64,000 nt of DNA, from NCBI RefSeq assembly GCF_050920415.1, contig NZ_CP169309.1. One strand, 5' to 3'. Below are positions 23,267 to 35,529 of this stretch, one piece after another; the stretch's first letter is position 1; each line of letters starts with the position of its first letter. The notes under the pieces are model-generated. The model did no database searches, had not been told where the DNA came from, and saw only the letters and a list, made by a program, of their open reading frames with translations. This DNA comes from Escherichia coli (lineage in GTDB: Bacteria > Pseudomonadota > Gammaproteobacteria > Enterobacterales > Enterobacteriaceae). The position numbers were made by a program, and so were the translations under genes.

Positions 23267-24502
23267 ATGATTACACATTTCCGTCAAGCCATAGAAGAAA
23301 CGCTGCCCTGGCTTTCCTCTTTTGGCGCTGACCCAACGGGTGGAATGACCCGTTTACTTTATTCGCCGGAGTGGCTGGAAACCCAGCAGCAATTTAAAAA
23401 AAGAATGGCAGCAAGTGGGCTGGAAACACGTTTCGATGAAGTGGGGAATTTATACGGCCGCCTGAACGGCAGCGAATACCCCCAGGAAGTGATTCTGAGC
23501 GGTTCGCATATTGATACCGTGGTTAACGGCGGTAACCTCGACGGACAATTCGGCGCACTGGCGGCGTGGCTGGCGATTGACTGGCTGAAAACGCAATACG
23601 GCGCGCCGCTGCGAACGGTCGAAGTGGTGGCAATGGCGGAAGAAGAAGGCAGCCGCTTCCCGTATGTCTTCTGGGGCAGTAAAAATATCTTTGGGCTGGC
23701 GAATCCTGACGACGTGCGGAATATCTGTGATGCCAAAGGAAATAGTTTTGTCGATGCAATGAAGGCTTGCGGATTTACTCTGCCGAACGCCCCACTAACT
23801 CCGCGTCAGGATATTAAAGCCTTTGTCGAACTGCATATCGAACAGGGCTGTGTGCTGGAAAGTAATGGGCAGTCAATTGGCGTGGTGAATGCAATTGTCG
23901 GGCAACGTCGCTATACGGTGACGCTGAACGGCGAATCAAACCATGCAGGCACCACGCCGATGGGTTATCGTCGTGATACGGTTTACGCTTTCAGTCGCAT
24001 TTGCCATCAGTCAGTTGAGAAAGCGAAAAAGATGGGCGATCCGCTGGTGCTGACCTTTGGCAAGGTGGAGCCGCGCCCGAATACGGTGAATGTAGTGCCG
24101 GGTAAAACCACGTTCACCATTGATTGTCGTCATACCGACACTGCCATGTTGCGCGATTTTACCCAACAGTTAGAAAACGACATGCGGGCGATTTGCGATG
24201 AAATGGACATTGGTATTGATATCGATTTATGGATGGACGAAGAACCCGTGCCGATGAACAAGGAGCTTGTCGCCACCCTGACAGAATTGTGTGAAAGCGA
24301 AAAACTGAATTATCGGGTAATGCACAGTGGTGCCGGGCACGACGCACAAATTTTCGCGCCTCGCGTGCCGACCTGCATAATTTTCATTCCCAGCATCAAC
24401 GGGATCAGCCATAACCCGGCGGAACGCACCAATATTACCGACCTTGCCGAAGGGGTCAAAACGTTGGCACTCATGCTTTATCAACTTGCCTGGCAGAAAT
24501 AA
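23267..24502 (+). CDS. allC: Allantoate amidohydrolase
   Basis: ORF 23246-24502; start at MITHFRQAIE; M20 peptidase-family sequence. Confidence 0.9.
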   Translation: MITHFRQAIEETLPWLSSFGADPTGGMTRLLYSPEWLETQQQFKKRMAASGLETRFDEVGNLYGRLNGSEYPQEVILSGSHIDTVVNGGNLDGQFGALAAWLAIDWLKTQYGAPLRTVEVVAMAEEEGSRFPYVFWGSKNIFGLANPDDVRNICDAKGNSFVDAMKACGFTLPNAPLTPRQDIKAFVELHIEQGCVLESNGQSIGVVNAIVGQRRYTVTLNGESNHAGTTPMGYRRDTVYAFSRICHQSVEKAKKMGDPLVLTFGKVEPRPNTVNVVPGKTTFTIDCRHTDTAMLRDFTQQLENDMRAICDEMDIGIDIDLWMDEEPVPMNKELVATLTELCESEKLNYRVMHSGAGHDAQIFAPRVPTCIIFIPSINGISHNPAERTNITDLAEGVKTLALMLYQLAWQK

Positions 24503-24512
24503 GGAGTTATAA

Positions 24513-25298
24513 ATGGGATATTTAAATAACGTCACCGGTTACCGCGATGATTTACTGGCTAACCGTGCGATTGTTAAACACGGTAATTTCGCGCTGCTAA
24601 CCCCGGACGGTCTGGTAAAAAATATTATTCCGGGCTTTGAAAATTGTGACGCGACAATCCTCTCCACGCCAAAGCTGGGGGCCTCTTTTGTTGATTATCT
24701 GGTCACACTGCATCAAAACGGCGGCAACCAACAGGGCTTCGGTGGTGAAGGAATTGAAACGTTCCTGTATGTGATTTCTGGAAATATCACTGCCAAAGCC
24801 GAAGGGAAAACATTTACCTTAAGCGAAGGTGGCTATCTTTATTGCCCGCCGGGTTCCTTAATGACGTTTGTTAATGCTCAGGCCGAAGACAGCCAAATAT
24901 TCTTGTATAAGCGCCGCTATGTTCCGGTAGAAGGCCATGCGCCGTGGCTGGTTTCTGGCAATGCCAGCGAACTGGAACGCATTCACTATGAAGGTATGGA
25001 CGATGTGATCTTGCTGGACTTCCTGCCCAAAGAGTTAGGTTTTGATATGAACATGCATATCCTCTCTTTTGCGCCAGGTGCCAGCCACGGTTATATCGAA
25101 ACTCACGTCCAGGAACACGGTGCCTATATTCTTTCCGGTCAGGGGGTTTATAACCTCGACAATAACTGGATCCCGGTGAAAAAAGGCGATTACATCTTTA
25201 TGGGCGCTTATTCCTTACAGGCCGGTTATGGCGTAGGGCGTGGTGAAGCGTTTAGTTATATTTATTCGAAGGATTGTAACCGCGACGTTGAGATTTAA
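24513..25298 (+). CDS. allE: (S)-ureidoglycine aminohydrolase (bicupin)
   Basis: 261 aa cupin protein downstream of allC. Confidence 0.85.
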   Translation: MGYLNNVTGYRDDLLANRAIVKHGNFALLTPDGLVKNIIPGFENCDATILSTPKLGASFVDYLVTLHQNGGNQQGFGGEGIETFLYVISGNITAKAEGKTFTLSEGGYLYCPPGSLMTFVNAQAEDSQIFLYKRRYVPVEGHAPWLVSGNASELERIHYEGMDDVILLDFLPKELGFDMNMHILSFAPGASHGYIETHVQEHGAYILSGQGVYNLDNNWIPVKKGDYIFMGAYSLQAGYGVGRGEAFSYIYSKDCNRDVEI

Positions 25299-25340
25299 GT
25301 CATACCACACGCCTGATTATTTTTAGCTATGTTGGATTTT

Positions 25341-25367
25341 GCCACGGTTTATACCGTGGCTTTTTTT
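25341..25367 (+). terminator. Rho-independent terminator after allE
   Basis: Hairpin gccacggtttataccgtggc followed by T7. Confidence 0.6.
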
Positions 25368-25382
25368 GTAGTCAATTCAGGT

Positions 25383-25410
25383 AAAAAAAAGATGCGATAT
25401 AAATCGCATC
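25383..25410 (-). terminator. Rho-independent terminator after glxK
   Basis: Hairpin gatgcgatataaatcgcatc preceded on the plus strand by A8 (T8 on the minus strand). Confidence 0.55.
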
Positions 25411-25427
25411 CGCTTTAAAGGTAAGAG

Positions 25428-26573
25428 TCAGTTTTTAATTCCCTGACCTATTTTAATGGCGCAGGCAATATTTCGCGCACTGTTGAAGAGATTGGTTTCA
25501 CCGCTGGCGAGCACTTCGGCTAAAGGTGCCAGACGTGGCAAAATGCTGAATACCGCGTCAATGCCGTACTGGTGCACCACTTCCACGCCATCACCCAATA
25601 CACCAGCAATCCCAACCACCGGGACATTAAACTGCTTCGCCACCGACGCCACACCCAGCGGCGCTTTACCGCCTGCCGTTTGCGAGTCGATGCGCCCTTC
25701 CCCGGTGATCACCAGTGCTGCACCCTGCACCGCCTGCGCAAGATTGACCGCATTCAACACAATCTCAATACCCGGTTTAATATCCGCATTGAGGAATACC
25801 GCCGCCGCAATGCCCATACCGCCCGCCGCACCGCCGCCCGCCATCTGGCAGACGTTGATTTCAGTTAGCTGTTGTAAAACACGGGCGTAATTTTGCAGCC
25901 CCTGTTCCAGCTCTTCGACCATTTCTGGCGTTGCCCCTTTTTGCGGGCCAAACACCGCCGCCGCGCCGCGTGCCCCTACCAACGGATTATCTACATCGCA
26001 CGCTACTTCAATATGGCAGTTCGCCAGGCGCGGATCGCACTCCTCCATCTCAATGCTTGCCACGCGCGCTAAATTGCCACCGTTAGCCGCCAGCGCCTGA
26101 CCGTCGGCATCAAGGAAACTCGCACCAAGCGCCTGCGCCATGCCCATACCGCCGTCGACCGTCGCGCTACCACCAATGCCGAGAATAATATGGCGAATAT
26201 CGTTATCCAGCGCATGGCGAATTAACTCCCCCGTACCAAAACTGGAGGCCAGCAACGGATTACGCTTTTCAGGCTCGACCAGCATCAGGCCACTTGCCGC
26301 CGCCATCTCAATCACCGCCGTTTTCCCGTCGCCGGTAAGGCCATAAAAAGCATTCACTGTTTCCCCCGTCGGCCCACAGACTTCAAGCGTCACGATTTTG
26401 CCGCCCGTCGCTGCGACCATCGCATCCACCGTTCCTTCGCCGCCATCCGCTATCGGCAAACAGATATAGTGCGCATCGGGAAATATGGTCGAAAACCCGG
26501 CTTTAATTGCCTGACAACATTTTTCTGCACTTAAGCTCTCTTTAAACGAGTCTGGCGCAATGACAATCTTCAT
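25428..26573 (-). CDS. glxK: Glycerate 2-kinase
   Basis: ORF 25428-26579; start at [14 protein letters not shown]; glycerate kinase family. Confidence 0.9.
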   Translation of the reverse strand: MKIVIAPDSFKESLSAEKCCQAIKAGFSTIFPDAHYICLPIADGGEGTVDAMVAATGGKIVTLEVCGPTGETVNAFYGLTGDGKTAVIEMAAASGLMLVEPEKRNPLLASSFGTGELIRHALDNDIRHIILGIGGSATVDGGMGMAQALGASFLDADGQALAANGGNLARVASIEMEECDPRLANCHIEVACDVDNPLVGARGAAAVFGPQKGATPEMVEELEQGLQNYARVLQQLTEINVCQMAGGGAAGGMGIAAAVFLNADIKPGIEIVLNAVNLAQAVQGAALVITGEGRIDSQTAGGKAPLGVASVAKQFNVPVVGIAGVLGDGVEVVHQYGIDAVFSILPRLAPLAEVLASGETNLFNSARNIACAIKIGQGIKN

Positions 26574-26594
26574 TATCAATCCTTTTTCAACAAA

Positions 26595-27902
26595 TTATTC
26601 GATGCGTTCCCACGGAATAAGATTATCCATAAGAACAGCCAGTAAAATTCCGACCAGTAAGCCGTTACTGAGCAGAGGACGAAGCGTTAATGGAAGGTCT
26701 TGCAGATACACAGGCGGTAATGCCATTAAAAATATGCCGACAAATAACGGCAATGCGAGTCGATAAATATTGCGAGCGGTAAACGTTATTTGCTGACTAA
26801 ACACCAGCGCGGAAAAGAGTAAAGGCAGATAAGAAACCAGCATGACCGCGCTACTCACTGGTAAGGGGATACTGCAAAACAGTCGCGTGAATGCCGGAAC
26901 CAGTGCCACCAGCAGGCAAATAACGCTGCCATAAATAAACGAACGCCGCGTGTAATCGCCAGTCTGGGTTAATAAACCAATGGATGAAACGAACGGTGAA
27001 AATGGAATTACCGCCAACGGCACGGTTATCAGCGTCATAAATCCGGTCGCCACAAAGCTGCGCCGGTAACGCGAATTCCCCGCGCCCTGTTGCGGATAAA
27101 AAACATCCGTTCCGCGAATCGCACCGTAGGTATTACTGATATTTACCAGACCTGTAATCACCGCCGTCAGAATAATCCCCGGCGACAAAGCACCGCCACT
27201 GCCGAGCGGGAACCACTGCCAGTGCAACTCACCGGAGAGCGAATGCGAAGAAGGAAAGCAAAAGTACCACAACAACCAGCCGGTTATGGTACCGACCAGC
27301 AGGCCATAACGGGCAAAACGTTGCGGCAGGAAGATAATCATCGCCAGTACCAGGCACATCACCGCCACCGAGAGCGCGAACGGCGGTAACTGAATTTTAA
27401 AATTCGGGTCGGCTATGCCAAACGGCAGGCCGAGCATACCTTTGAAAAAGATAGTGGTCAGCTGCGCGCCCAGCATCAACATAAACAAGACCATCACAGA
27501 CGGCGTAAATAACCACGCCAGGCGATGACCTAATCCGCTAAAACCAATCAACATCGTCAGCACGCCAGAGAGCGCAATTCCCACCGCCAGGCTGGTAGCA
27601 ATATCGTTGATCGGTGTCCCGCGCGATGCTTCGCCAAGGGTGATAGTAAGGATGGTTCCCCACCACAGGCCACCCGGCCCTTCCATAATAGCGCGACGAT
27701 GACCGCAGAACGCCTGAGCGAAGCAGGCCAGTGCGGTAGCAAGAAAAGCATATTGCGTGAGCGTAAGCAGGCTACTTTGCGGCAACTGAAAAGCAGAAAG
27801 TAGCGTAGGAGGAACCACAACAGTGTTGCAAAAAATAAAGAAAAACCACTGAAATCCTGATAACAGGCTTTCGCGGCTGACTGCAAAATTGAACATAAAC
27901 AC
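26595..27902 (-). CDS. ybbY: Putative purine/uracil permease (NCS2 family)
   Basis: 435 aa polytopic membrane protein at the conserved position. Confidence 0.8.
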   Translation of the reverse strand: MFMFNFAVSRESLLSGFQWFFFIFCNTVVVPPTLLSAFQLPQSSLLTLTQYAFLATALACFAQAFCGHRRAIMEGPGGLWWGTILTITLGEASRGTPINDIATSLAVGIALSGVLTMLIGFSGLGHRLAWLFTPSVMVLFMLMLGAQLTTIFFKGMLGLPFGIADPNFKIQLPPFALSVAVMCLVLAMIIFLPQRFARYGLLVGTITGWLLWYFCFPSSHSLSGELHWQWFPLGSGGALSPGIILTAVITGLVNISNTYGAIRGTDVFYPQQGAGNSRYRRSFVATGFMTLITVPLAVIPFSPFVSSIGLLTQTGDYTRRSFIYGSVICLLVALVPAFTRLFCSIPLPVSSAVMLVSYLPLLFSALVFSQQITFTARNIYRLALPLFVGIFLMALPPVYLQDLPLTLRPLLSNGLLVGILLAVLMDNLIPWERIE

Positions 27903-27952
27903 ACCTTAACCGGAGAATGCCCGCCGCAAGGACGGGCATTGCAGGGGCCAGA

Positions 27953-29314
27953 TTACTGCTGATGTTTAAGGATAAATTGACCTTTCGGCGCAACAGGGAA
28001 GCCCTGTTCGATGTCGTAAATCACATCACCACGTAAGAGGGTTTTCGTGATACGCGCGCCAATGGTACGGCCAACATACGGGCTGACTTTGTGGCGATAT
28101 TCCAGATCGTCATTGGTAAGAACATAGCTGCTATTCGGCTGAATGAAGACGAAGTCGGCATCTTTTCCTGGGGCGATCCGGCCTTTTTGCTGCAAACCGA
28201 AAATATCTGCTGCGTTAGTTGCCATTAATTTGCCGAACATCGGCAGAGACATACCACGTTTCTGTACTGCTTCATCGAACATCACGTCCATGCAGCTTTG
28301 CAGACCGGCGATACCGCCCCATGCTTTCATGATGTTGCCTGCTTTCATTTCCGGCGGGCATGGAGAGTGGTCGGAAACCAGGCAGTCGATTTCACCGTTA
28401 AACAGTTTTTCCCACATGCCTTTCTGGTTTTCCAGATCGCGGATCGGTGGTGAACACTTCGCCAGAGTACCGATTTCTTCGAACTGATCGGTATCCAGTA
28501 CAAAGTAATGCGGGCAGGATTCACAGGTAACGTCCTGGCCTTCCTGACGCGCACGAGTCACCTCTTCAACACCTTCCGGGCTGCTGATGTGGCAAACGTG
28601 CAGACGGCAACCGGCGACTTTCGCCAGGTACAGTACGCGGCGAATCGCTTCCACTTCGGTAAACACCGGACGCGAAGCCACATAGTCATGAGCGGTTACG
28701 CGACCTTCGCGCTTCGCTTCTTCGCCCAGTTCGTCACAGATCAGCGCATTTTCGCAGTGCACCAGCACTGGCTGACCCAGTTCGCCCAGCTTCTGTGCGC
28801 CTTTGAAAAACTGCCAGTCGTTTACGTCACGGAAGTCGTTGTCGATACCGCGATCGCCACAGGTTGCAACGAAGCATTTGAAGCCGACAACGCCCACTTC
28901 ATCCAGCTCATGCAGACGGTCGATGTTGTAAGACACCAGGCCACCGAGTTGCGCCGCATCGATAGTCAGCTTGCCTTTAGCGGCATCAAACTTCAGTTCA
29001 ATCGATGCGCGGTCAACCGTTGCAGGCAGCTGGTTGAGCGGCATTTCGATCATGGTGGTGATACCCCCTTTTGCCGCTGCGCGAGTACCCGTTTCATAAC
29101 CTTCCCAGTGGCTACGACCCGGTTCAGAAATATGGGTGTGCGCATCAACCATGCCTGGCGAAACCACCAGACCAGACGCATCCATAACTTCTTTTGCATC
29201 GCCCAGATCCTGACCGATAGCAGCAATTTTTCCGCCTTTAACGGCGATATCTACAACGCGAGCTTCGTTTTCTAAAATAACGGTGCCGTTTTTAATGATT
29301 AAATCAAAAGACAT
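27953..29314 (-). CDS. allB: Allantoinase
   Basis: ORF 27953-29362; start at [14 protein letters not shown]; cyclic amidohydrolase with HxH metal site (DAHTHISEP). Confidence 0.9.
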   Translation of the reverse strand: MSFDLIIKNGTVILENEARVVDIAVKGGKIAAIGQDLGDAKEVMDASGLVVSPGMVDAHTHISEPGRSHWEGYETGTRAAAKGGITTMIEMPLNQLPATVDRASIELKFDAAKGKLTIDAAQLGGLVSYNIDRLHELDEVGVVGFKCFVATCGDRGIDNDFRDVNDWQFFKGAQKLGELGQPVLVHCENALICDELGEEAKREGRVTAHDYVASRPVFTEVEAIRRVLYLAKVAGCRLHVCHISSPEGVEEVTRARQEGQDVTCESCPHYFVLDTDQFEEIGTLAKCSPPIRDLENQKGMWEKLFNGEIDCLVSDHSPCPPEMKAGNIMKAWGGIAGLQSCMDVMFDEAVQKRGMSLPMFGKLMATNAADIFGLQQKGRIAPGKDADFVFIQPNSSYVLTNDDLEYRHKVSPYVGRTIGARITKTLLRGDVIYDIEQGFPVAPKGQFILKHQQ

Positions 29315-29374
29315 AACAAACTCCTTGTAAAATACAGATTGGTTTTTTAACTCAATGTTCAATATCGGGATTAA

Positions 29375-30829
29375 TTAACCTGTGACTTTTTGTTCTCCTG
29401 TTTTTTCTGCTGCAGTACGTTTCTTTAATAAGGCGTAGGCCGCAAAGGCGACAATAACGCCGACAAACCATGAAATGCGTGATAAAGGCTCCATGAACGG
29501 AATAAATTTACCACCGAGAGATAAAATAACGGCGACCAAAGTTACTGAGAACGCGGTGAGGTTAAAGCCGTTATCATAATATTTATAATCGCCTGCTGCG
29601 GTGTACAGCTCATCAAGATTAATTTGCCCACGCATCACCACAAAATAATGCGCCATCATCACACCAATGACCGGACCAAGCATTCCGCCGATAATATCGA
29701 GGAACAGATAAATACTGTCCTGATTTTCCATTAACTTCCACGGGCAGATCAGCAGGCTAATAATACTGGCAATCAGTACGCCATTTTTATAAGTCAGTTT
29801 CGTCGGCGCAATAGCGGCAATCTGATATCCGGCTGGAATAATATTACCGGTGGCATTAGTGGAAATGGTCGTCATCAGAATAACCAGTACCGCAAAGAAC
29901 GAGGCAAACAGGCTATCCCAACGCTGAACAATATCCAGCACGTTCCAGGTGTCAGCGCCGTAGTGAATACTGGCTCCGGCAATAATACATACCCCGGCGA
30001 CCGCAAACAGAATATAGGCCACAACTAAACCCAGCGTTTGCCCCAGCGCCTGCTCACGAAACGAGTGGGCGTTTTGCGTAAAGTCGGATGCGCTCACCGC
30101 CGGTGCCGCCCAGACCGCAACCACCGCGTTGATCACCACCAAAAACAGGAAGCCACTGTTTTCTGCTTTCTGAATACCGCTCGGGATGTAGTCAAAGATG
30201 GGACCAATCCCGACGAGCGAAATCGCCCAAATTGCCATGCCGCCGAAAACGATATAGATACACGGATTAAGAATAGCGGTGAATTTATTTAAAACTTTGC
30301 CACCACCGAAACCGATTCCGACGTTCACCAGCCAGAAGAGTACGAAAGTGATTAAGCCCGGTAGAGAAAGCCCTAACAGGGTAAAATCACCACCGAGAGT
30401 TAAAAATCCCGGCCAGATTTTGCCAATCAGGATCAAGCAGGCCAGCGATCCGGCGTAACATTGCAGGCCAAACCACATAATGGCAGCAATCCCGCCTCTT
30501 AATAATCCGGGAAACAGTGCACCACGTACGCCGTAAGAAGCACGCAGGATCATGGCAAACGGTACGCCGTATTTACTGCCCGTAGCACCGTTTAATACCA
30601 TTACCGCGGCAATGAAAAAGGCACTGAGGATAATTGCCAGCATAATACTAAAGGTAGACAAGCCGAGAATAAAAAAGCCGCCAACCATCACATAATTGGG
30701 AACGTTATGAACCGAACCCATCCATAAGGTAAAATAGTTAAATGTTTTCCAGGTCCGCTGGCTTTGCGTTTTCGGCAATAGATCTTCGCTATAGCCGCGT
30801 TGCTGGAATAGTTTTCTCTGATGTTCCAT
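29375..30829 (-). CDS. ybbW: Allantoin permease (NCS1 family)
   Basis: 484 aa membrane transporter. Confidence 0.85.
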   Translation of the reverse strand: MEHQRKLFQQRGYSEDLLPKTQSQRTWKTFNYFTLWMGSVHNVPNYVMVGGFFILGLSTFSIMLAIILSAFFIAAVMVLNGATGSKYGVPFAMILRASYGVRGALFPGLLRGGIAAIMWFGLQCYAGSLACLILIGKIWPGFLTLGGDFTLLGLSLPGLITFVLFWLVNVGIGFGGGKVLNKFTAILNPCIYIVFGGMAIWAISLVGIGPIFDYIPSGIQKAENSGFLFLVVINAVVAVWAAPAVSASDFTQNAHSFREQALGQTLGLVVAYILFAVAGVCIIAGASIHYGADTWNVLDIVQRWDSLFASFFAVLVILMTTISTNATGNIIPAGYQIAAIAPTKLTYKNGVLIASIISLLICPWKLMENQDSIYLFLDIIGGMLGPVIGVMMAHYFVVMRGQINLDELYTAAGDYKYYDNGFNLTAFSVTLVAVILSLGGKFIPFMEPLSRISWFVGVIVAFAAYALLKKRTAAEKTGEQKVTG

Positions 30830-30998
30830 AAATCCCTCTTAATTTCACGTATCGAATAACGCTGTTTTTAATCTAGCTATGAGGAACAAATAAAAAACAA
30901 ATATTATTTTAAATACTGAAGCAACATCTTTGGCTGCTTTCTTTTTTAATATTGCTGGCCGATTCATTTTCTGATATCGGCCATTTTTATTGCGGGTA

Positions 30999-31877
30999 TC
31001 AGGCCAGTTTATGGTTAGCCATTAATTCCAGCGCCTGCACTAACGCAGAGTGATCCAACTGGCTGCCACCGTTTGCCGCACAGGTATTAAACAATTCCTG
31101 GCAGGTCGCGGTGTTTGGCAGGTTCAGCGCCAGTGCTTTCGCACTTTGCAGTGCCAGGTTGAGATCTTTCTGGTGCAGCGCAATTTTGAAACCTGGATTA
31201 AAGGTGCGTTTAATCATGCGCTCACCGTGAACTTCCAGAATACGTGAGGAAGCAAAGCCGCCCATCAGCGCCTGGCGCACACGTACCGGATCCGCTCCGG
31301 CTTTTGAAGCAAACAGCAGGGCTTCAGAAACCGCTTCAATATTGAGCGCCACGATAATCTGATTTGCCACTTTGCAGGTCTGGCCGTCGCCGTTACCGCC
31401 CACGAGGGTGATATTTTTACCGAGCAATTCAAACAGCGGTTTAACACGTTCAAATACCGCTTCGTCGCCGCCAACCATAATCGACAACGTCCCTTCACGC
31501 GCGCCGATTTCACCGCCGGAGACGGGCGCATCGAGATAATCGCCGCCCAGTTCATTCACCTGACGAGCGAAACGCTTAGTTTCAATCGGGGAAATGGAGC
31601 TCATATCAACAATGGTTTTGCCCTTCAGCGAGGCTTTGGTACAACCATTTTCACCAAACAGAACTTCTTCAACCTGTGGCGTATCCGGCACCATAATAAA
31701 AATGATGTCCGATGCTTCCGTTACCTGGCGCGCAGTTTCAACACTGACGGCACCCAGTGACAGTAATTCATCAACAACCGGACCAATGGTTGTGACATGC
31801 AGTTGATGACCGGCACGCGCCAGATTAATGGCCATCGGTGTACCCATAATGCCTAAGCCAATAAATCCCAGTTTCAT
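30999..31877 (-). CDS. glxR: Tartronate semialdehyde reductase
   Basis: 292 aa; NAD-binding N-terminus MKLGFIGLGIMGTPMA. Confidence 0.9.
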   Translation of the reverse strand: MKLGFIGLGIMGTPMAINLARAGHQLHVTTIGPVVDELLSLGAVSVETARQVTEASDIIFIMVPDTPQVEEVLFGENGCTKASLKGKTIVDMSSISPIETKRFARQVNELGGDYLDAPVSGGEIGAREGTLSIMVGGDEAVFERVKPLFELLGKNITLVGGNGDGQTCKVANQIIVALNIEAVSEALLFASKAGADPVRVRQALMGGFASSRILEVHGERMIKRTFNPGFKIALHQKDLNLALQSAKALALNLPNTATCQELFNTCAANGGSQLDHSALVQALELMANHKLA

Positions 31878-31976
31878 AATTAACCTCTTTTAAATTTCGA
31901 TTTTCCTGAATTCAGACAACACGATCCCCTGCCAACTTAGCGGCCTAAAAAAGCATTGCCTGAACAGCGTTACGTT

Positions 31977-32753
31977 TTAACGGTACGGATCCATCCAGCG
32001 TAAACCGGCTTCCGTGGTGGTTTGGGGTTTATATTCACACCCAACCCAACCGTTGTAGTCAGAATTTTCAATTACCGTAAAGAGATACTCATAATTAATT
32101 TCTCCGGTTCCCGGTTCGCCGCGATGCGGATTATCGGCAATTTGCAGGTGGCCAATTTTATCGGCCCATTGAGTCATAGTGTTGGTTAATTCACCTTCCA
32201 TCCGCTGCATATGATAAATGTCATACTGAATTTTCAAATTGCAGCAACCAACATCATCAATCAATTTCAGCGCCTGTTGAGTTCCGGTGAGATAGAAACC
32301 AGGAATATCAAAATGGTTAATAGGTTCAATCAGTAATAAAATATCTTCTTTCATCAGCATATTCGCGGCATAACGCAGGTTTTCTACAAGCGTTGCGTGA
32401 ATCTGTTCACTGCTGAAACCAGCCGGCGTTTTACCGACCAGACAGTTGATTTTTTTATTACCCAGCGCACGAGCATAACGAATCGCTGCTGCTACGCCAT
32501 CCCGAAACTCTTCTTCACGGCCAGGAATACAAGCAATACCGCGCTCCCCCGCCGCCCAGTCACCCGCCGGTAAATTGTGCAGAGTATGTTCGAGTTTATT
32601 ACTCGCCAGCACCTGTTTTAATTCTTCAATGTCGTAGTCATAAGGAAACATAAATTCAACGCCGCGAAAACCACACTGCGCTGCTTTCTCAAAACGGGCG
32701 AGAAAATCATATTCACCAAATAACATCGATAAATTCGCAGAGAAACGTAACAT
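31977..32753 (-). CDS. hyi: Hydroxypyruvate isomerase
   Basis: 258 aa TIM-barrel isomerase. Confidence 0.9.
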   Translation of the reverse strand: MLRFSANLSMLFGEYDFLARFEKAAQCGFRGVEFMFPYDYDIEELKQVLASNKLEHTLHNLPAGDWAAGERGIACIPGREEEFRDGVAAAIRYARALGNKKINCLVGKTPAGFSSEQIHATLVENLRYAANMLMKEDILLLIEPINHFDIPGFYLTGTQQALKLIDDVGCCNLKIQYDIYHMQRMEGELTNTMTQWADKIGHLQIADNPHRGEPGTGEINYEYLFTVIENSDYNGWVGCEYKPQTTTEAGLRWMDPYR

Positions 32754-32765
32754 TATTTATCTCCC

Positions 32766-34547
32766 TTATTCATAGTGCATGAAGCAGGTTTCAGTCGGTG
32801 CATCCACTGCGTTATCGGCGATATCTTCAAATTCCATGACATTATCCAGTTCGCTGCCCATCGAAATATTGGTCACACGTTCGAGAATAACTTCCACAAC
32901 TACCGGAACACGGTATTGATTCATTAATGCTTTCGCCTGTTCAAATGCCGGAGCAATATCTTCCGGTTTGAAAACACGAATCGCTTTACAACCTAAACCT
33001 TCCGCTACTTTTACGTGGTCTACGCCGTAACCGTTCACTTCGCTGGAGTTAATATTTTCGAATGCGAGCTGTACGCAGTAATCCATATCAAAGGCGCGTT
33101 GCGACTGACGAATCAGACCCAGATAGGCGTTATTCACCAGCACATGGATGTACGGAATGTTGAACTGTGCGCCAACGGCTAATTCTTCAATCAGGAACTG
33201 GAAGTCGAAGTCACCGGAAATCGCCACCACATTGCGCTCTGGATCAGCGGCACACACGCCCAGCGCTGCCGGAATGGTCCAGCCCAACGGGCCTGCCTGC
33301 CCACAGTTGATCCAGTGGCGGTCTTTAAAGACATGCAGCATTTGTGCCGCAGCGATTTGTGACAGACCAATGGTGGTGACATAACAAACATCGCGACCAA
33401 AGGCTTTGTTCATCTCTTCATACACGCGCTGCGGTTTCACCGGCACATTGTCGAAGTGGGTTTTGCGCAGCAAAGTGCGTTTGCGCTGCTGGCAGTCGGC
33501 GACCCATTCTTTACGACACGGCAGACGACCCGCTTTTTGCATCTCCTGCGCCACTTCAACCAGTAAAGTCAGGGCAGCTTTAGCATCAGAGACAATCCCC
33601 AGATCCGGGCACAGCACGCGGCCAATTTGCGTCGGCTCAATATCGATATGGACGATTTTGCGCCCTTCGGTGTATTTCTCTACCGAACCGGTATGACGAT
33701 TGGCGAAACGGTTACCGATACCAAACACCAGGTCGGACGCCAGCAGCGTTGCGTTACCGTAACGATGCGCGGTTTGCAGACCCACCATCCCGGCCATCAG
33801 TTCATGATCGTCCGGGATACAGCCCCAGCCCATCAGCGTTGGGATCACCGGAACGCTGGTCAGTTCAGCAAACTGTTGTAACAGTGCAGCTGCGTCAGCA
33901 TTGATGACCCCGCCCCCAGCAACAATCACCGGACGTTCAGCCTGGATTAACATTTCGACCGCTTTTTCAATCTGCATACGGCTGGCAGCAGGTTTATAGA
34001 CCGGCAGCGGTTCGTACATGTCAGGATCAAACTCGATTTCCGCCACCTGAACGTCGAACGGTAAATCCACCAGTACCGGACCCGGACGACCAGAACGCAT
34101 CAGGTGAAATGCCTGTTGCAGCACGCGAGGCACCAGCGCCGCTTCACGAACTGTAACCGCCATTTTGCTGACCGGTTTAGCGATAGCTTCGATATCTACG
34201 GCCTGAAAATCTTCTTTATGCAGACGGGCGCGCGGTGCCTGGCCGGTAATGCACAGAATAGGAATGGAATCAGCAGAAGCAGAATAGAGCGCGGTGATCA
34301 TGTCCGTGCCCGCAGGACCGGAAGTCCCCAGACATACGCCGATATTCCCTGCCGTTGCGCGGGTATAACCTTCCGCCATGTGCGAAGCACCTTCCACATG
34401 ACGCGCCAGAATGTGACGAATACCGCCGTGCTTACGCATCGCTGAGTAGAACGGATTGATTGCAGCCCCCGGAACGCCGAAGGCGGTGGTAATACCTTCT
34501 TTCTCCAGCACATACATTGCCGCGTCAACGGCTCTCATTTTTGCCAT
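32766..34547 (-). CDS. gcl: Glyoxylate carboligase (ThDP-dependent)
   Basis: ORF 32766-34637; start at [19 protein letters not shown]; 593 aa. Confidence 0.9.
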   Translation of the reverse strand: MAKMRAVDAAMYVLEKEGITTAFGVPGAAINPFYSAMRKHGGIRHILARHVEGASHMAEGYTRATAGNIGVCLGTSGPAGTDMITALYSASADSIPILCITGQAPRARLHKEDFQAVDIEAIAKPVSKMAVTVREAALVPRVLQQAFHLMRSGRPGPVLVDLPFDVQVAEIEFDPDMYEPLPVYKPAASRMQIEKAVEMLIQAERPVIVAGGGVINADAAALLQQFAELTSVPVIPTLMGWGCIPDDHELMAGMVGLQTAHRYGNATLLASDLVFGIGNRFANRHTGSVEKYTEGRKIVHIDIEPTQIGRVLCPDLGIVSDAKAALTLLVEVAQEMQKAGRLPCRKEWVADCQQRKRTLLRKTHFDNVPVKPQRVYEEMNKAFGRDVCYVTTIGLSQIAAAQMLHVFKDRHWINCGQAGPLGWTIPAALGVCAADPERNVVAISGDFDFQFLIEELAVGAQFNIPYIHVLVNNAYLGLIRQSQRAFDMDYCVQLAFENINSSEVNGYGVDHVKVAEGLGCKAIRVFKPEDIAPAFEQAKALMNQYRVPVVVEVILERVTNISMGSELDNVMEFEDIADNAVDAPTETCFMHYE

Positions 34548-34592
34548 TTTATTCCTACCTCTATTAATTGGAAAAATTTTCCAACTTTCAAA

Positions 34593-34620
34593 TTTTGTCA
34601 AAAAAACCCGCTCCGCAGAG
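34593..34620 (-). terminator. Putative terminator after allR
   Basis: Hairpin cccgctccgcagagcggg with an adjacent A7 run on the plus strand. Confidence 0.4.
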
Positions 34621-34636
34621 CGGGATGCGACAGACA

Positions 34637-35452
34637 CTATGGATGTGCTTTCAGTCCCAACGCCGTGCTGATATCGCGGGCGGTGTCTCTGACCAGCTCA
34701 CCCTGACTGACAAAACGATCTTCTGTCAGTCTTGATGAAGGCCCGGAGATGGAGATAGCGGCAACAACGCTACCTACATCATCGTAAATTGCTGAAGCTA
34801 TGCAATTCAGACCTACAACATGCTCTTCTTTATCTACGGTATAGCCCAGTTCACGCGCTTGTTCCAGGTCCTTCAGCAAGGTGGGCATATCCACAAGCGT
34901 AGTTGGCGTAAACTGCTGCAAACCGGTTTGCAGAATGATGCTCATCAACTCCTCTTCCGCCAGCGGATAAAGCAGCGCTTTGCCCGCACCGGAAGCATGC
35001 AGCGGCAGACGACTGCCCAGCGGCGCACACATCCTGACCATCGATTTACACTCTAATTGACCAATTAATACTGCTTCATTGCCGTTACGAATCGCGACAT
35101 TGACCGTTTCGCCGGAAAGTAACATCAGGCGGCGCATAAATGGCCCAGCGACGGAGAGGACATCGCGGTTATGGATGTACGCCGCACCGACGTTAAAGAC
35201 ACCTAATCCTATATGCCACCAGCCTAACTGACTGTCCTGATAGACAAAATCCGCTGCCTGTAAAACCTTCAGCAAGCGAAAGGTCGTGGAGAGCGGCAAA
35301 TCCAGATTGAGAGAAATATCGCTAACCGACGAACTTCCCCCACTTTTTTCCAGATATTGCAGAATCGCAATTCCCCGCTCTAACGCCTGTGCGCCCTTTT
35401 GTGCCACAGGCTCCGCCTGTCCTGGCCTGCCGCGCCGTCTAACTTCCGTCAT
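34637..35452 (-). CDS. allR: IclR-family repressor of the allantoin regulon
   Basis: 271 aa IclR-family sequence. Confidence 0.9.
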
Positions 35453-35529
35453 ACCTACGTTAACTCCGACCTACAAGTGAGCATAAACAATGAACAATTA
35501 GTTTATCTTATGCAAGTCGGTTGCAGGCG